Origin: Macrostomum lignano
Lineage: Eukaryota
NCBI GenBank assembly: GCA_002269645.1
Contig: NIVC01002787.1
Location: forward strand, 34,772 to 98,771
DNA length: 64,000 bases
Direction of reading: 5' to 3'
Positions 48,651-59,022 of this stretch are shown here, piece by piece. The notes beneath the pieces were generated by a model. That model saw only the letters and a list, made by a program, of their open reading frames with translations. It searched no databases and was not told where the DNA came from. Both the position numbers and the translations under genes were made by a program. Position 1 is the first letter of the stretch. The number at the start of each line of letters is the position of its first letter.

Positions 48651-49476
48651 GACATGAAAGGTGTCATATAAAAATTAAATGAAGCTATAGTACAGTGCTG
48701 TGCTGGGGAGAATTACTGAGACATCAAGGCTCACAAAGAATAACTGAGATATCAGGGGGGGGGGGGTTTCTGAGATGTCAAAGCAAAGTCAGAAGCTACT
48801 TTAAAGTTCATGTACTTTACTCATTTTTTTATTACATTCTTTGCTTCTATTAGCGCCCCCCAGGTGGCGAGCCAACAGAGTCAAGTAAAAAATAAAAGTA
48901 GCATTATTTATACATAAAAGAAAAGTCATATCGAAGTTAAAATATTCATTTGGGAATTTCTACGATGTCAAAGCTTGGAGGGAATCGTTATAGTGCTGTG
49001 ATTTTTAAAGATAGAATCACTAAAATGCCAAGGCTTAGGGGAGAAGAATTGCTGAGATTTCAAGGCTTTAGGTTGGGTTAAAGTTAGGTTTAGGTCAGGT
49101 GTGGGTTGAGGGTTATATTTTATCGGGTTTCAAGGTTAACAGGGGATTTTTTAGATTTCAAGGTTTATGGGGGGCATCGCTGACATGTCAAGGCTTACGG
49201 GGGGAATAGCTGAGATGTCAAGGCTCACGGGGGTATAAATGAGATTTCAAGGCTAAAGTCAGAAGCTACATGTAGTTTATTGAAAACTTTTTATTACATT
49301 ATTTGTTGGCTCCTCAGGGCTCGGTGATAGAAAAAGCATAATGTAACAAATAAAAGAAGCTTCATGTCGAAGTTAAGAGATTTATTTGGGAATCCCTACG
49401 ATGTCGAGGCTTGCAGGGAATCGCTATAATGCTGTAGTAGTGCTATAATGACTCAGAATTACTGAAATTTCAATGC

Positions 49477-49527
49477 TTTAGGGTTAGGTTAGGGTTAGGG
49501 TTAGGGTTAGGCTAGGGTTAGGGTTAG
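49477..49527 (+). repeat. Interstitial (TTAGGG)n tract
   Basis: About 7-8 near-perfect units; degenerate tracts also at ~27090, 39880-39945 (CCCTAA), 49790-49880 and 50020. Confidence 0.85.
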
Positions 49528-50152
49528 AAGGTTGACAGATTTTTTTTAGATTTCAAGGCTTATTGGGGGCATCACTGAGATGTCAAGGGGGGAAGTTGAT
49601 TTGTTAAAGCTTGTGGGGGGAATTACTGACATTTCAAGGCTTACAAGGGACTTCTGAGGTATATTGCAAAGAGATGCTACATGTAGTTTATTACAAAACT
49701 TGTACTGCATTTTTGGCTCCCTAACGCTAAGATACTAAGCTAAAAAATACTACTAGCGCTTCACAAACTTATGCAGATATCAGGCTGTAGGGTTAGTTTT
49801 AGGGTTGGTATTAGGGTTTAGGTTTAGGGTTAGGTTCAGGGTTATTGCGTTAAGATTCGGGTTAGGGTTAGGGTTCGGGTAGCTTATAACTTAGCTTATG
49901 TAGCTTATTAAAAATGTTTATCATGGAAGCATCATGCAAAAACAATGGAAGCGTCATGCCCAAAATCATAGAAGCATCGATCATGCAAAAACTCATGGAC
50001 AAAATATTGAATTTAGGGTTTTGGTTAGGGTTAGGGTTAGAGTTGAAAGTTTGACAGGAGATTTTTTAGAATTTCAAGGCTACATATGCAGCTTATTAAA
50101 AAAACGTGTATTTTATTTCTTTGGCTCCCCAACGGGGGGTGTAGATTGCTAG

Positions 50153-50656
50153 TATTGGGTGCTAAGAATAAACCGCTTACATTTTCCCGGGCCATGCTAA
50201 CGGCCCCTGACGCTTGAGTAGCGGTCCGCGCCGTGGATTCTGCCTTATAAACTTTCTTCTCGAATCCCAATTCCCTATACCAAGTTTCATCTTAAACTCA
50301 ACCTCCGCATCTTTGTGAACTTGCATGACCACTCTCATTACAGTGAGATCATAGGCCAGTTTGACAGGGAACAGTTCTGGCTTAATCAGATCAGGTTTCT
50401 CAAAATGGCCTTTTTAGTAAAGACGTTTTCTAGAAAGTAATTGTAGGGATCCACACTTTGCGTGCTCACAGGGAATACCACAGGTTCTGTTGCTGCACCT
50501 TTTCATTTGTAATAAAACTTATTATTTGCTGCCGTCACATTGGGAACGTTTGACCAACCAGTGAAGTCGTTAAGATAGACATGGTAATTAGCACCTGGAT
50601 CCAGGCGAATCGCCTGCTCTAATTTTTTAATAAATATCCCGTTTGAGTCATTAATT
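50153..50656 (-). pseudogene. Decayed fragment of an older Polinton minor capsid (penton) gene
   Basis: Collinear with 55877-56388 but with indels; cut on the left by a Helitron end and on the right by new sequence starting AGTAG. Confidence 0.88.
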
Positions 50657-51354
50657 AGTAGAATGCATGAGACTACGTATTGTGCAGATAAGTGTCGATT
50701 TTGGAGGTGAGATGGGTGTCAGAGCCAATGCAAATTAAACGCCTATCTAAATACATTAGACCTCTTCTAATTGGTCCAGACCCTGTAAGTTATTATGTGA
50801 GACATTTATGCATGTAACTCTCATGTAAATCTAATTATACATGTAATCAGTGTGTCGTACAGAAGCGACGACCAGAACAGTACGCATAATTAGCGCTTCA
50901 CTATAGCCGTTGTTGTACGCAGAAGCGCGCGCGCGCCCAGCCCCGCACAATGCAGCATTAGTGTAGCGCGCCCACCCATCCCATAACTGTCCATATTATT
51001 ACTTTTCCATATTTACTGTCCATATATACACCCAAAATTAGTGTACGCGCAGAATTGTAGCGCCCGCCCACCCCATAGCTGTTCGATCATACCCAAAATT
51101 GGTGTACGCACAGAATTAGAGCCCACCCATCAAAGAAAATATTCTGTCGCCCCTCACAATTAATTGGCAGTCCCACGCGGAGGCATGATGAGTCAGTCAG
51201 CCAGTAAATCGCCGCTGTCCACCCCTCTGCCCTGCGCTGGCCGCTATAGCTACCAGCAGTGTTACGCAACAACCCGTTTCTATGCATGAAATATTCTTGT
51301 TTAACAAGATGCCAAACCAATTTTCTTCAGACAGCAAACAATAAATAAGAAAAT

Positions 51355-51690
51355 TCGGATTCTCGGCCGTTTATCTAAATTCACCTAGTTCAATTAACAC
51401 CCCAATCATGTGGAAAACGCAGTGTTTGACAAGCAATTTTTGGTTGCCAAAGCACAAGAGGATCAGACCGCCAAAGCATGAACTGCCAACAACTTGGAGC
51501 AAGGATTTCAACCCACCTCCAACGCCAGCACCGAAAATAGGTAAAAAGGCTCATTTTTTCGCGAATCCTAGATAACGACAACACCGTAAAAAGCTCGTTA
51601 ACATGTAATTAAAACAAATACTTATTGAGACTCTCGGGTATATAAGCACCAACCTGGAGCACCAAGCACTCGTACCTGCAAATTTTTCTC
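51355..51690 (+). pseudogene. Internally deleted duplicate of the 51777 gene unit
   Basis: 51355-51436 resembles 51690-51777 and 51436-51690 resembles 52135-52395, including the TATATAAG motif. Confidence 0.7.
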
Positions 51691-51776
51691 GGATTCTCGG
51701 CAGTTTTCTAAATTCGCCAAGCTCAAATAACATCCCCACCACTAGTGCGAACAACGCAGCAAGTGCTTGACAAGAA

Positions 51777-52313
51777 ATGAGCTGGATTTCCAGAGACTAC
51801 CCCCTATTATCGAACGAGGGAAAAGACGAATATGATGCCTTAAAAAAATCTGCTGACTGGTTGTGCATTTGCCACAGCAAACCGATTTTCGAGCGATTAG
51901 TCACCTTCAATGCCAAGGTCGAGGAAATTGATCAAGGCCCCTACGACAGCCAAGACTACGCAGCAGCCAGGATAAATGAGCAACTACGGGACAAAATGAG
52001 ATTCAAAGCTGATTTAGCACGAATGGAGAGATTACTGGCTCCGATACTAAGTGAAGAGCATCGCCAACAAATACGTTTTCGGAACCATCAAGATCTGTAT
52101 AATCCGTCGTGGGAGGAGCAACAAAAGATTTGGAATTTTTGGCTGCCAAAGCACAAGAGGAACAGGCCGCCAAAGCTTGAACTACCATCAACTTGGAGCA
52201 AGGATTTCAGCACACCTCCAACGCCAGCACCCGAGAATAGGAACAAAAGGTTCATTTTTTCCGGAATCCCCGATAACGACAACCCTGTAAAAAGCTCGTT
52301 ATCGTGTAATTAA
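51777..52313 (+). CDS. Hypothetical Polinton accessory protein, 178 aa
   Basis: ATG-initiated, non-repetitive ORF inside the element; no family recognised. Confidence 0.55.
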   Translation: MSWISRDYPLLSNEGKDEYDALKKSADWLCICHSKPIFERLVTFNAKVEEIDQGPYDSQDYAAARINEQLRDKMRFKADLARMERLLAPILSEEHRQQIRFRNHQDLYNPSWEEQQKIWNFWLPKHKRNRPPKLELPSTWSKDFSTPPTPAPENRNKRFIFSGIPDNDNPVKSSLSCN

Positions 52314-52339
52314 AACAAAAACTTATTGAGACTCTCGGG

Positions 52340-52347
52340 TATATAAG
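52340..52347 (+). promoter_or_regulatory. TATA box (TATATAAG) upstream of the 52409 ORF
   Basis: About 62 nt before the ATG; conserved in the duplicate at 51639. Confidence 0.5.
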
Positions 52348-52408
52348 CACCAGCCCGGATCATCTGCAAGCGCCCGTATCTGCAAATTTTTCTAAACAGA
52401 CAAGAGAC

Positions 52409-53161
52409 ATGGAGACAGAGCAAGACTTCAACTGCGTCAAGCGAGAGCTGCTGGCACTCAAACCGCGAGGTCCGAGCTTCAACGGGGTTGAAACGTTTGA
52501 CATTGAATATGACGAACAGGGACCTCTCTACTTGGCCAATGCGGTCCCTGTTTTGATCGTCAAGGGCGTGCGTACTGACAACGAAGGTCGCGAATTCATC
52601 ATGATTGCACAAAAACACATTGAAAGCTGCATACCCTACGCTTTCAACACTGTGGCGGAGCACCTTGCCAGCGAAAGTCTAGCTCTGCTGGGCTACAACC
52701 CTGCGTTTGGAGGTGACAGTGCAGCGTTTGGGCTGGCTCACGACTTTAAAATGTACGACCAAAATGTACTGCCTGTAGAGGATTACAAAAACAAGAGCGG
52801 CTATTACAGGATTCTGTTTACTCTCGACACGGCCGTGATTCGAGACGCTGTTTTGACCGCAATGCCAAAAATTCAACAGCTACAGTTTGTCGAAGAAACC
52901 AAACAGGCATTTGATCGTTGCTATTGGACGCCACCTCCAAAAATCAAGGTAGGCACCAAGAAAGTAAGCAAGAAAGCAAAGAACCCACCAAAGTTTGTCA
53001 AGGAGAAGCAGCCAAAGGTGCCTAAAAATCAGGCCAGAAAGCGACAGCATCAATCGAAAGTAGTAGCAGCCAACGAATCAAAGAAGCGGTCGAAAGCCCC
53101 CAAGAAGGATACGAAAGTAAAAACTGCCGAAAAATCTACTTGCAGAACGTCGAGTGTGTGA
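52409..53161 (+). CDS. Hypothetical protein, 250 aa, globular N-terminus and Lys-rich C-terminal tail
   Basis: Clean ORF with upstream TATA; the last ~75 residues are strongly basic. Confidence 0.7.
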   Translation: METEQDFNCVKRELLALKPRGPSFNGVETFDIEYDEQGPLYLANAVPVLIVKGVRTDNEGREFIMIAQKHIESCIPYAFNTVAEHLASESLALLGYNPAFGGDSAAFGLAHDFKMYDQNVLPVEDYKNKSGYYRILFTLDTAVIRDAVLTAMPKIQQLQFVEETKQAFDRCYWTPPPKIKVGTKKVSKKAKNPPKFVKEKQPKVPKNQARKRQHQSKVVAANESKKRSKAPKKDTKVKTAEKSTCRTSSV

Positions 53162-53744
53162 ACCTAGTGTTTTGCGCGAAATGGAGCCGCATGCCTGACT
53201 TGAACTGGGCGAGCGCACGGACATTTCGCAGACCAAGAGCTCTTATCAATTTGCGAATAGGAAAATGTACAATCAACTTTTTTCAGCGTTCTTTGTCTGC
53301 AATTGTATTCGGTTGTCGCTCAGTCAACCAAGTTTTGCGTCTTTTTCCTCAATGTAAACCAATTTCTGTTGTTGTTACCACTAGTATTTACCGCGCTGAA
53401 GTAGACAGATGGCCAATTTTTTTTCCAAATTGCATACTTTGGGTCCCACTGGGTGAAGTGGGAGTGCGAAGTTTTCAATGGAATAGTAATAAAGTCTCCA
53501 TTTCGCAATGCTAAATGTTTACTATGCGGAAAGAATGGCCGCATTTTTTTCCTTGGAATACGAAACTTTAAAGAGCTCTGTCAAATGTACGATCATGTGA
53601 CTAGCGTTTTGCATGTCTAATCCATGTAGCTGTTGCGTAACTTTATTGTTTTACCACTGTACTGAATTTGTATGTACGTACAAGCTGCTATGAAATTGTC
53701 TATAAATATAGTAGAAGGCATGAGGGGGCTTTTGGGACAAAATT

Positions 53745-54075
53745 TTTCACCTCCTCCATAATCCACCTAAATCCATCCATATTATCCCTGACAGAATCAG
53801 AAAAAAGGGGGGGGGTCGCACCTGCTCACAAAACATCGTCCATAATCCCATTAAATCCATCCATATTATCCCCGACAGAATCAGAAAAAAGGGGGGTCAC
53901 ACTTACTCCAAAAAACTTTGAACGTAATCCCAGTAAATCCATCCATATTATCCCCGACAGAATCAGAAAAAAGGGGGGGGGGTCGCACTCGCTCACAAAA
54001 CGTCCTCCATAATCCCATTAAATCCATCCATATTATCCCTGACAGAATCAGAGCATTATCCCTGACAGAATCAGA
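53745..54075. repeat. Four ~84-bp tandem units with G-runs
   Basis: Recurring CCATAATCC...AAATCCATCCATATTATCCC...ACAGAATCAGAAAAAAGGGGG. Confidence 0.85.
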
Positions 54076-54286
54076 GCATAACAGGTGTCCACTAACACCT
54101 GTTATGCTCACTGACACAGACATAATCCACCAACATCCACCCATAGCATCTTCGAAACAATCAGAAAATAATCTGCATTCTTCTCCCCACATTCAATCCG
54201 AAGCGTTGAAACCAGATCCCTAAAACTTTAAATCCCCAAACCCAGGGTCCTTACCCTTTGAAAAAAAAATTAAATTCTCAATAAAA

Positions 54287-54523
54287 ATGTTTCCAGTTGT
54301 CTCTCCAGGTTCTTATTATACTCAGCCTCATCCATTGTACAAATCCAAGTACCAATGCAGACTAGAATGCAGCGAATACATGAGAAAATATTGGCCCGAC
54401 GTTGATATCAATGTCCCTAATATTAATCAAGCACTTAAATCTCACTGGTTTGAAAAACACGGAGTAGTCATTAACAATTTTGACAGCTATTATAACTTTG
54501 CTGAAGTTATAAGGCAGTTATAG
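54287..54523 (+). CDS. Small hypothetical protein, 78 aa
   Basis: ATG in an AAAAATG context like other genes of the element; aromatic-rich; no family recognised. Confidence 0.4.
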   Translation: MFPVVSPGSYYTQPHPLYKSKYQCRLECSEYMRKYWPDVDINVPNINQALKSHWFEKHGVVINNFDSYYNFAEVIRQL

Positions 54524-54737
54524 TAGCCAACTACACTACAAGGTTGTACCCTGTAGAGTGCAGACGCAAGATCTAAAAATACTGACAAAATCATGTGCAG
54601 CATAAAGCGGCTCGTATTTGTAAGCGATAGCTTACTGATAGTAAAGCTATTTGAACATGGCGCGAATTCCTCACATGGTGGACTAGAAAATGTCGCCATG
54701 TGCAAGGCAAGGACTTGGTGCAAGGGCGTATAAATAG

Positions 54738-54856
54738 CAGTTCCACTCAGCTGGCTAGAGGTGGAGCCGACCTCGTGTGGCTATGACTGACTGACGAGGG
54801 CAAACAAGCCCGAAGTCTGCCCCGCATGGTTCGATTCCCACTGATAACATGATTTT
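54738..54856 (+). ncRNA. Candidate Pol III transcript (tRNA-like or VA-RNA-like)
   Basis: A-box-like CTCAGCTGG, B-box GGTTCGATTCC (~54828), upstream TATAAATA, internal stems and TTTT at 54853. Confidence 0.4.
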
Positions 54857-55182
54857 CACGAACGTTCGTAAAAATCATGTGCAGCATAAAGCGGCTCTCA
54901 GTGGTTACATGATTTTTACGAACTTTCGTAAAAAATCATGTGCAGCATAAAGCGGCTCTCAGTGGTTACATGATTTTTACGAACTTTCGTAAAAAATCAT
55001 GTGCAGCATAAAGCGGCTCTCAGTGGTTACATGATTTTTACGAACTTTCGTAAAAATCATGTGCAGCATAAAGCGGCTCTAAGTGGTTACATGATTTTTA
55101 CGAACGTTCGTAAAAATCATGTGCAGCATAAAGCGGCTCTCAGTGGTTACATGATTTTTACGAACGTTCGTAAAAATCATGT
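54847..55182. repeat. Six 34-bp palindromes in a ~60-bp tandem array
   Basis: ACATGATTTTTACGAACGTTCGTAAAAATCATGT (perfect at 55089 and 55149) separated by a constant spacer GCAGCATAAAGCGGCTCTCAGTGGTT. Confidence 0.95.
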
Positions 55183-55601
55183 GCATAACAGGAATTCGCA
55201 CGAATTCAACTGTGCAAAATAGCATTTTTTCTGAGAAAGACTAATGCGCAGTTGGATTCGCGCCATTTCCTGTCTTAACAGGAATTCGCACGAATTCAAC
55301 TGTGCAAAAAAAAGCTTTTTTTTCTGAGAAAGACTAATGACAGACTTGTGTTTGTTATGTGCGAATACTTGCGAAGTTAACCAACTTTTGACATAATAAA
55401 ACAATAGACTGAGCACAGACTATCTTTTTGTGTCCGATTTCTTTTGTGTTTTCAATCCTTTCACTAAATACTGGTTAGAAAAAAAATAATGCTTGGTCAG
55501 TCCAAAAAGCGTGAGGTTGCCTACTAATAAGTAATATGACTAGAAAAAATATACTAAAAATTCGAAATAGAACTGAAATAAAATATTTAGTTATTTTAAC
55601 A

Positions 55602-56464
55602 TCACATTCTCTCAATGATTAACGTCAATACAAACTCTTCACCGTTGAAATCAACACCCATCCCATCTTCAGTCTCAAACTGTAGCACAATCTCGTGAAT
55701 CTCCTTATTACTCAATACAACTCTTTTCACTGGATTTGGTTTCTCTACCACCATCTGTCCTCCAGCAACAGAGTTGGAGATGTTGTACAAAATATTAGTT
55801 CGCTTTCCCTTAAATACCCAATCAAGACTGAGATTGCTTCTGATTAGAATATTCAAACCCTTTACAATGTCTGCAATATTGGGTGCTAAGAACAAACCGC
55901 TTACACTTTCCCGGACCATTCTAACAGTCCCCGATGCTTGAGTGGCGGTCCACTCCGCGGATTCTGCCTTATAAACTTTCTTCTCGAATCCCAGTTCCCT
56001 ATACCAAGTGTCATCTTTAAACTCAACCTCCGCATCTTTGTGAACTTGCATGACCACTCTCATTACAGTGAGATCATAGGTTAGTTTGACAGGGAACAGT
56101 TTCTTCTCTGGCTTACTCGCATCAGGTGTCTCAAAATGGCCTCTCTTAGTAAAGACATTTTCTAGAAAGTTATTGTAGGTATCCACACTTTGCGTGCTCA
56201 CATGGAATACCACAGGGTCTGCTGCTGCACCTTTCCATTTGTAATAAAACTTATTATTTGCTGCCATCACATTGGGAACGTTTGACCAACCAGTGAAGTC
56301 GTTAAGATAGACATGGTAATTAGCGCCTGGATCCAGGCGAATCGCCTGCTCTAATTTTTCAACAAACATCCCGTTTGAGTCATTAATTCGCCAGTTATTG
56401 TAATAGGAATGCTCTCCTTGGAGTGTGAAACAATGTTGTTTAGTCTTTCGGCTATAGCTTCCAT
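55602..56464 (-). CDS. Polinton minor capsid protein (penton); true start ATG 56464 is one base out of frame
   Basis: IRLDPGANYHVYLNDFTGWSNVPNV...NNKFYY and C-terminal IVLQFETEDGMGVDFNGEEFVLTL fit Polinton pentons; adjacent to the major capsid gene. Confidence 0.8.
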
Positions 56465-56484
56465 TTTTTGTCCTAAAAAAATAT

Positions 56485-57771
56485 TTAAACTTTACTGGAT
56501 GAATTGTTGATCATGTTAAGCTTCACCTTCCTCTCAAATGCATAGATAATGTACAAGTCCACGGGTGTTGCGACAGTCCTCTCAATGTTAGTCACGATAT
56601 TCACAGGGCTGTTATCAGTAGGCATTTGTCTGGCAGACACATCAGCGCCAAACATCGGATATAGAGTTCCATATTGAAGAGCAGTGATAGCAATTCCATT
56701 GTTCTCTTTCACAGCCAAGTCGACCAACTCGCTGTAAAATTTGCTAATCTTGTTCTGACTGAAATCTCCATTTTGTGGCAGTGCAGGGTAAAGATTATCA
56801 CTGATTTCATGCTGAATGGACCGCACGTCTCCATGCATGTAGCGTATAATGCTATTTGGGTTTCTCATGTTAATAATGATATACCTTGGATTGCTGCATG
56901 ATCCCTCTTTAATGCAGATGTTTGTTCTAGTTTCGTTTCGCTCATCTCGACACATGTAGGCTGTGTATGCAACATCAATGTCCTTCTCTATTGCCTTGAG
57001 ATAATCCGCTTTTAGTGCAGTCTTTGGCTCAATGACTTCCAAATACAGCTCGATTCCGGTTAGCTTCACCTCCATCCTTGTGTGGTCCGCCCCAGTCCAC
57101 AACACTCTACTGCGATCATCTCTAGTCATCCTAAAGGTGTAGCTAAAGTTACTAGTCAGTCGATTAAATGTATTACAGAATCCACTCATGAATCTCAGTG
57201 GTACAAATACATCAACAGACCGATACAGCGGGTTCTTAGCAGCATCATCAGCACCTTGCAATGCATAGTTGTATCTCTTCTTCCTCTTTTTATAGCCACT
57301 GTCATTGGTGTCTCCTTCTTTTTCATCTGCAATAAAACCCGCACCACTTCCCAACTGAATAAAATCAGGATTCTCGATCAAACAATGAGCGTCATAGACA
57401 ATTCCAAAGTTGGCGATTCGCTCCAACTCTGTGCTCCCATTCGATACACTAAACTCCTTGAACATGTACGCCCAAAAGTTACTGATCAGAGCCACATCCG
57501 CATCATGCTTGTCAACGTTAGCACGAGCCGCATCCGCACCACCTTTTGTCTTGAATTGAAATGTCATATGGAAGCCGCTCTTAAGACTGTGCACACTAAC
57601 CAGAGACGAACATCCATTGTATGTAAATGTCAGTGTTTGGCCAGGACCAAGATTAGTTTCATTCTGATTTTCCTGACTGGGAACTCTTACCTGAGTCGCT
57701 TTGATTGTGCTATCATCACTCAAAATAGGCTTGTTAATTTTGTAGAAAACTGGTGTCAGTGGGTCGTTCAT
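56485..57771 (-). CDS. Polinton major capsid protein (double jelly-roll), 428 aa, intact
   Basis: Pattern ALISNFWAYMF...ELERIANFG, VFVPLRFMSGFC, PRYIII, LYP, YPMFGADVS matches recalled adintovirus hexons; size and position fit. Confidence 0.88.
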   Translation of the reverse strand: MNDPLTPVFYKINKPILSDDSTIKATQVRVPSQENQNETNLGPGQTLTFTYNGCSSLVSVHSLKSGFHMTFQFKTKGGADAARANVDKHDADVALISNFWAYMFKEFSVSNGSTELERIANFGIVYDAHCLIENPDFIQLGSGAGFIADEKEGDTNDSGYKKRKKRYNYALQGADDAAKNPLYRSVDVFVPLRFMSGFCNTFNRLTSNFSYTFRMTRDDRSRVLWTGADHTRMEVKLTGIELYLEVIEPKTALKADYLKAIEKDIDVAYTAYMCRDERNETRTNICIKEGSCSNPRYIIINMRNPNSIIRYMHGDVRSIQHEISDNLYPALPQNGDFSQNKISKFYSELVDLAVKENNGIAITALQYGTLYPMFGADVSARQMPTDNSPVNIVTNIERTVATPVDLYIIYAFERKVKLNMINNSSSKV

Positions 57772-57801
57772 TTTTTAACTAAAAATAAAATAAAATAAGA
57801 A

Positions 57802-59020
57802 ATGAAGCGAAAAAGTACACAGCAGATATCTGAATTGGAGAAGCTAGCACAAGCAGAGAAACGAGTTACCGGGCTAATAAATAAGGAGCAACAATCCTAC
57901 AATGAGTTTGTCCAAGCAGCCACAGAGTTTCATAAACCCGGGTATGGAGAAGCTAAGAAAAATATTGATCAGGTTAAGAAACTATCGACGACATACAGGA
58001 AACCCAAGTGCAAAAGGTTTTGGGCAAAATTCCAGAAGCACCACAGATACAGCCGCAACCACAACAACCACAACCACATCAGTCCCAAGTAAAAGTGACA
58101 GATAACATTTTTGGACCAGTAGAGCGTGTCGAACATGATGGGAAATATGTATTTGGAATAAGTATGTGGAGAAAAAACATTTATAATGAACCAGTGGAAT
58201 ATTATATCGACATAAATAAGGAAAATATTTCTGTTGTCAAAGGCTCAGAAACAATGAAAATTCCTTTCACAGACACCTTACTGACTTTTATGACCAAGAA
58301 CCAAGAGAAAATCTCCGAGAAGCAGCTAAAGAACTACAGAAATCTAGTGACTTTTTCTCTTGTTAGAGATATAGAAATACTAAAGGTCCCAGAAGTTCTG
58401 AAACACATGTACGATAGCGGTGTCAACCTGACTAAATTCAAAAAGTACAACACTTTAAACAATGGTTCGATTTGCCAGATCAGGCGGAAGTCATAAAATA
58501 TCTAGAACAACAACAACAGCAACAACAACAACCACAACACAGCAACAACCACAACCACAGCAACAACATTTTACAGAAGTACTCAGGCAACTGGAAAATG
58601 CAGATCCGACTCAAGTAGCTAAATATAAAAATGATCACCCAGATGCCTGGCAACACTTAGAACAACACTCTCCAGATCGAATGAAAGAATCAAGCAAAGA
58701 GTTTTCACACCTCAACAAAGACAGGCACCGCATGACAGTTCCATCTCTGAAAGTGAGCAGTCTTTTGCATCACCTCCCCAGCAGCTACAAGCCCAACCAA
58801 CTCCACAACCCAAGACCAACCGCCCTCAACAGGAAAAGGAATTTCTGAAATCTACAAGCGAGTAGCGGTTCTTCTAGGAGCGGCAAAGACCGGAATGAAA
58901 GATGAAAATAGAAAAGAATTTGTCAACATCCTGGACAAAATGATGGAAAAGAATATACTGACAAAGGGCGAGAGAGCTTCTGCTTTCGCGGTTCAACAAA
59001 AAATAATTTATTTCAAGTAA
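57802..59020 (+). pseudogene. Conserved Polinton gene of unknown function, broken by several frameshifts
   Basis: ORFs 57802, 58008 and 58462 chain by 1-nt shifts. The C-terminal block VAVLLGAAKTG...EFVNILDKMMEKNIL resembles a motif seen in Polinton genes next to the capsid. Confidence 0.6.
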
Positions 59021-59022
59021 AA

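Larger units (their letters stand above)
47385..50152 (+). mobile_element. Non-autonomous Helitron E6
   Basis: Starts TCTAAATATACTAAA with a (CTAT)n tract; ends hairpin + GATTGCTAG (50149-50152) followed by T. Confidence 0.8.

Noticed and set aside
49477-49527. True telomere or chromosome fusion site
   Set aside because: Short, internal, embedded in Helitron copies and not arranged head-to-head.
53140-53544. Minus-strand ORFs next to the Lys-rich gene
   Set aside because: Two frames compete, one needs stop read-through, and no motif supports either.
54847-55182. CRISPR-like look (palindromic repeats with spacers)
   Set aside because: Spacers are identical, there are no cas genes and the context is a eukaryotic virus-like element.
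57082-57798. 238-aa plus-strand ORF
   Set aside because: Antisense to the major capsid gene.
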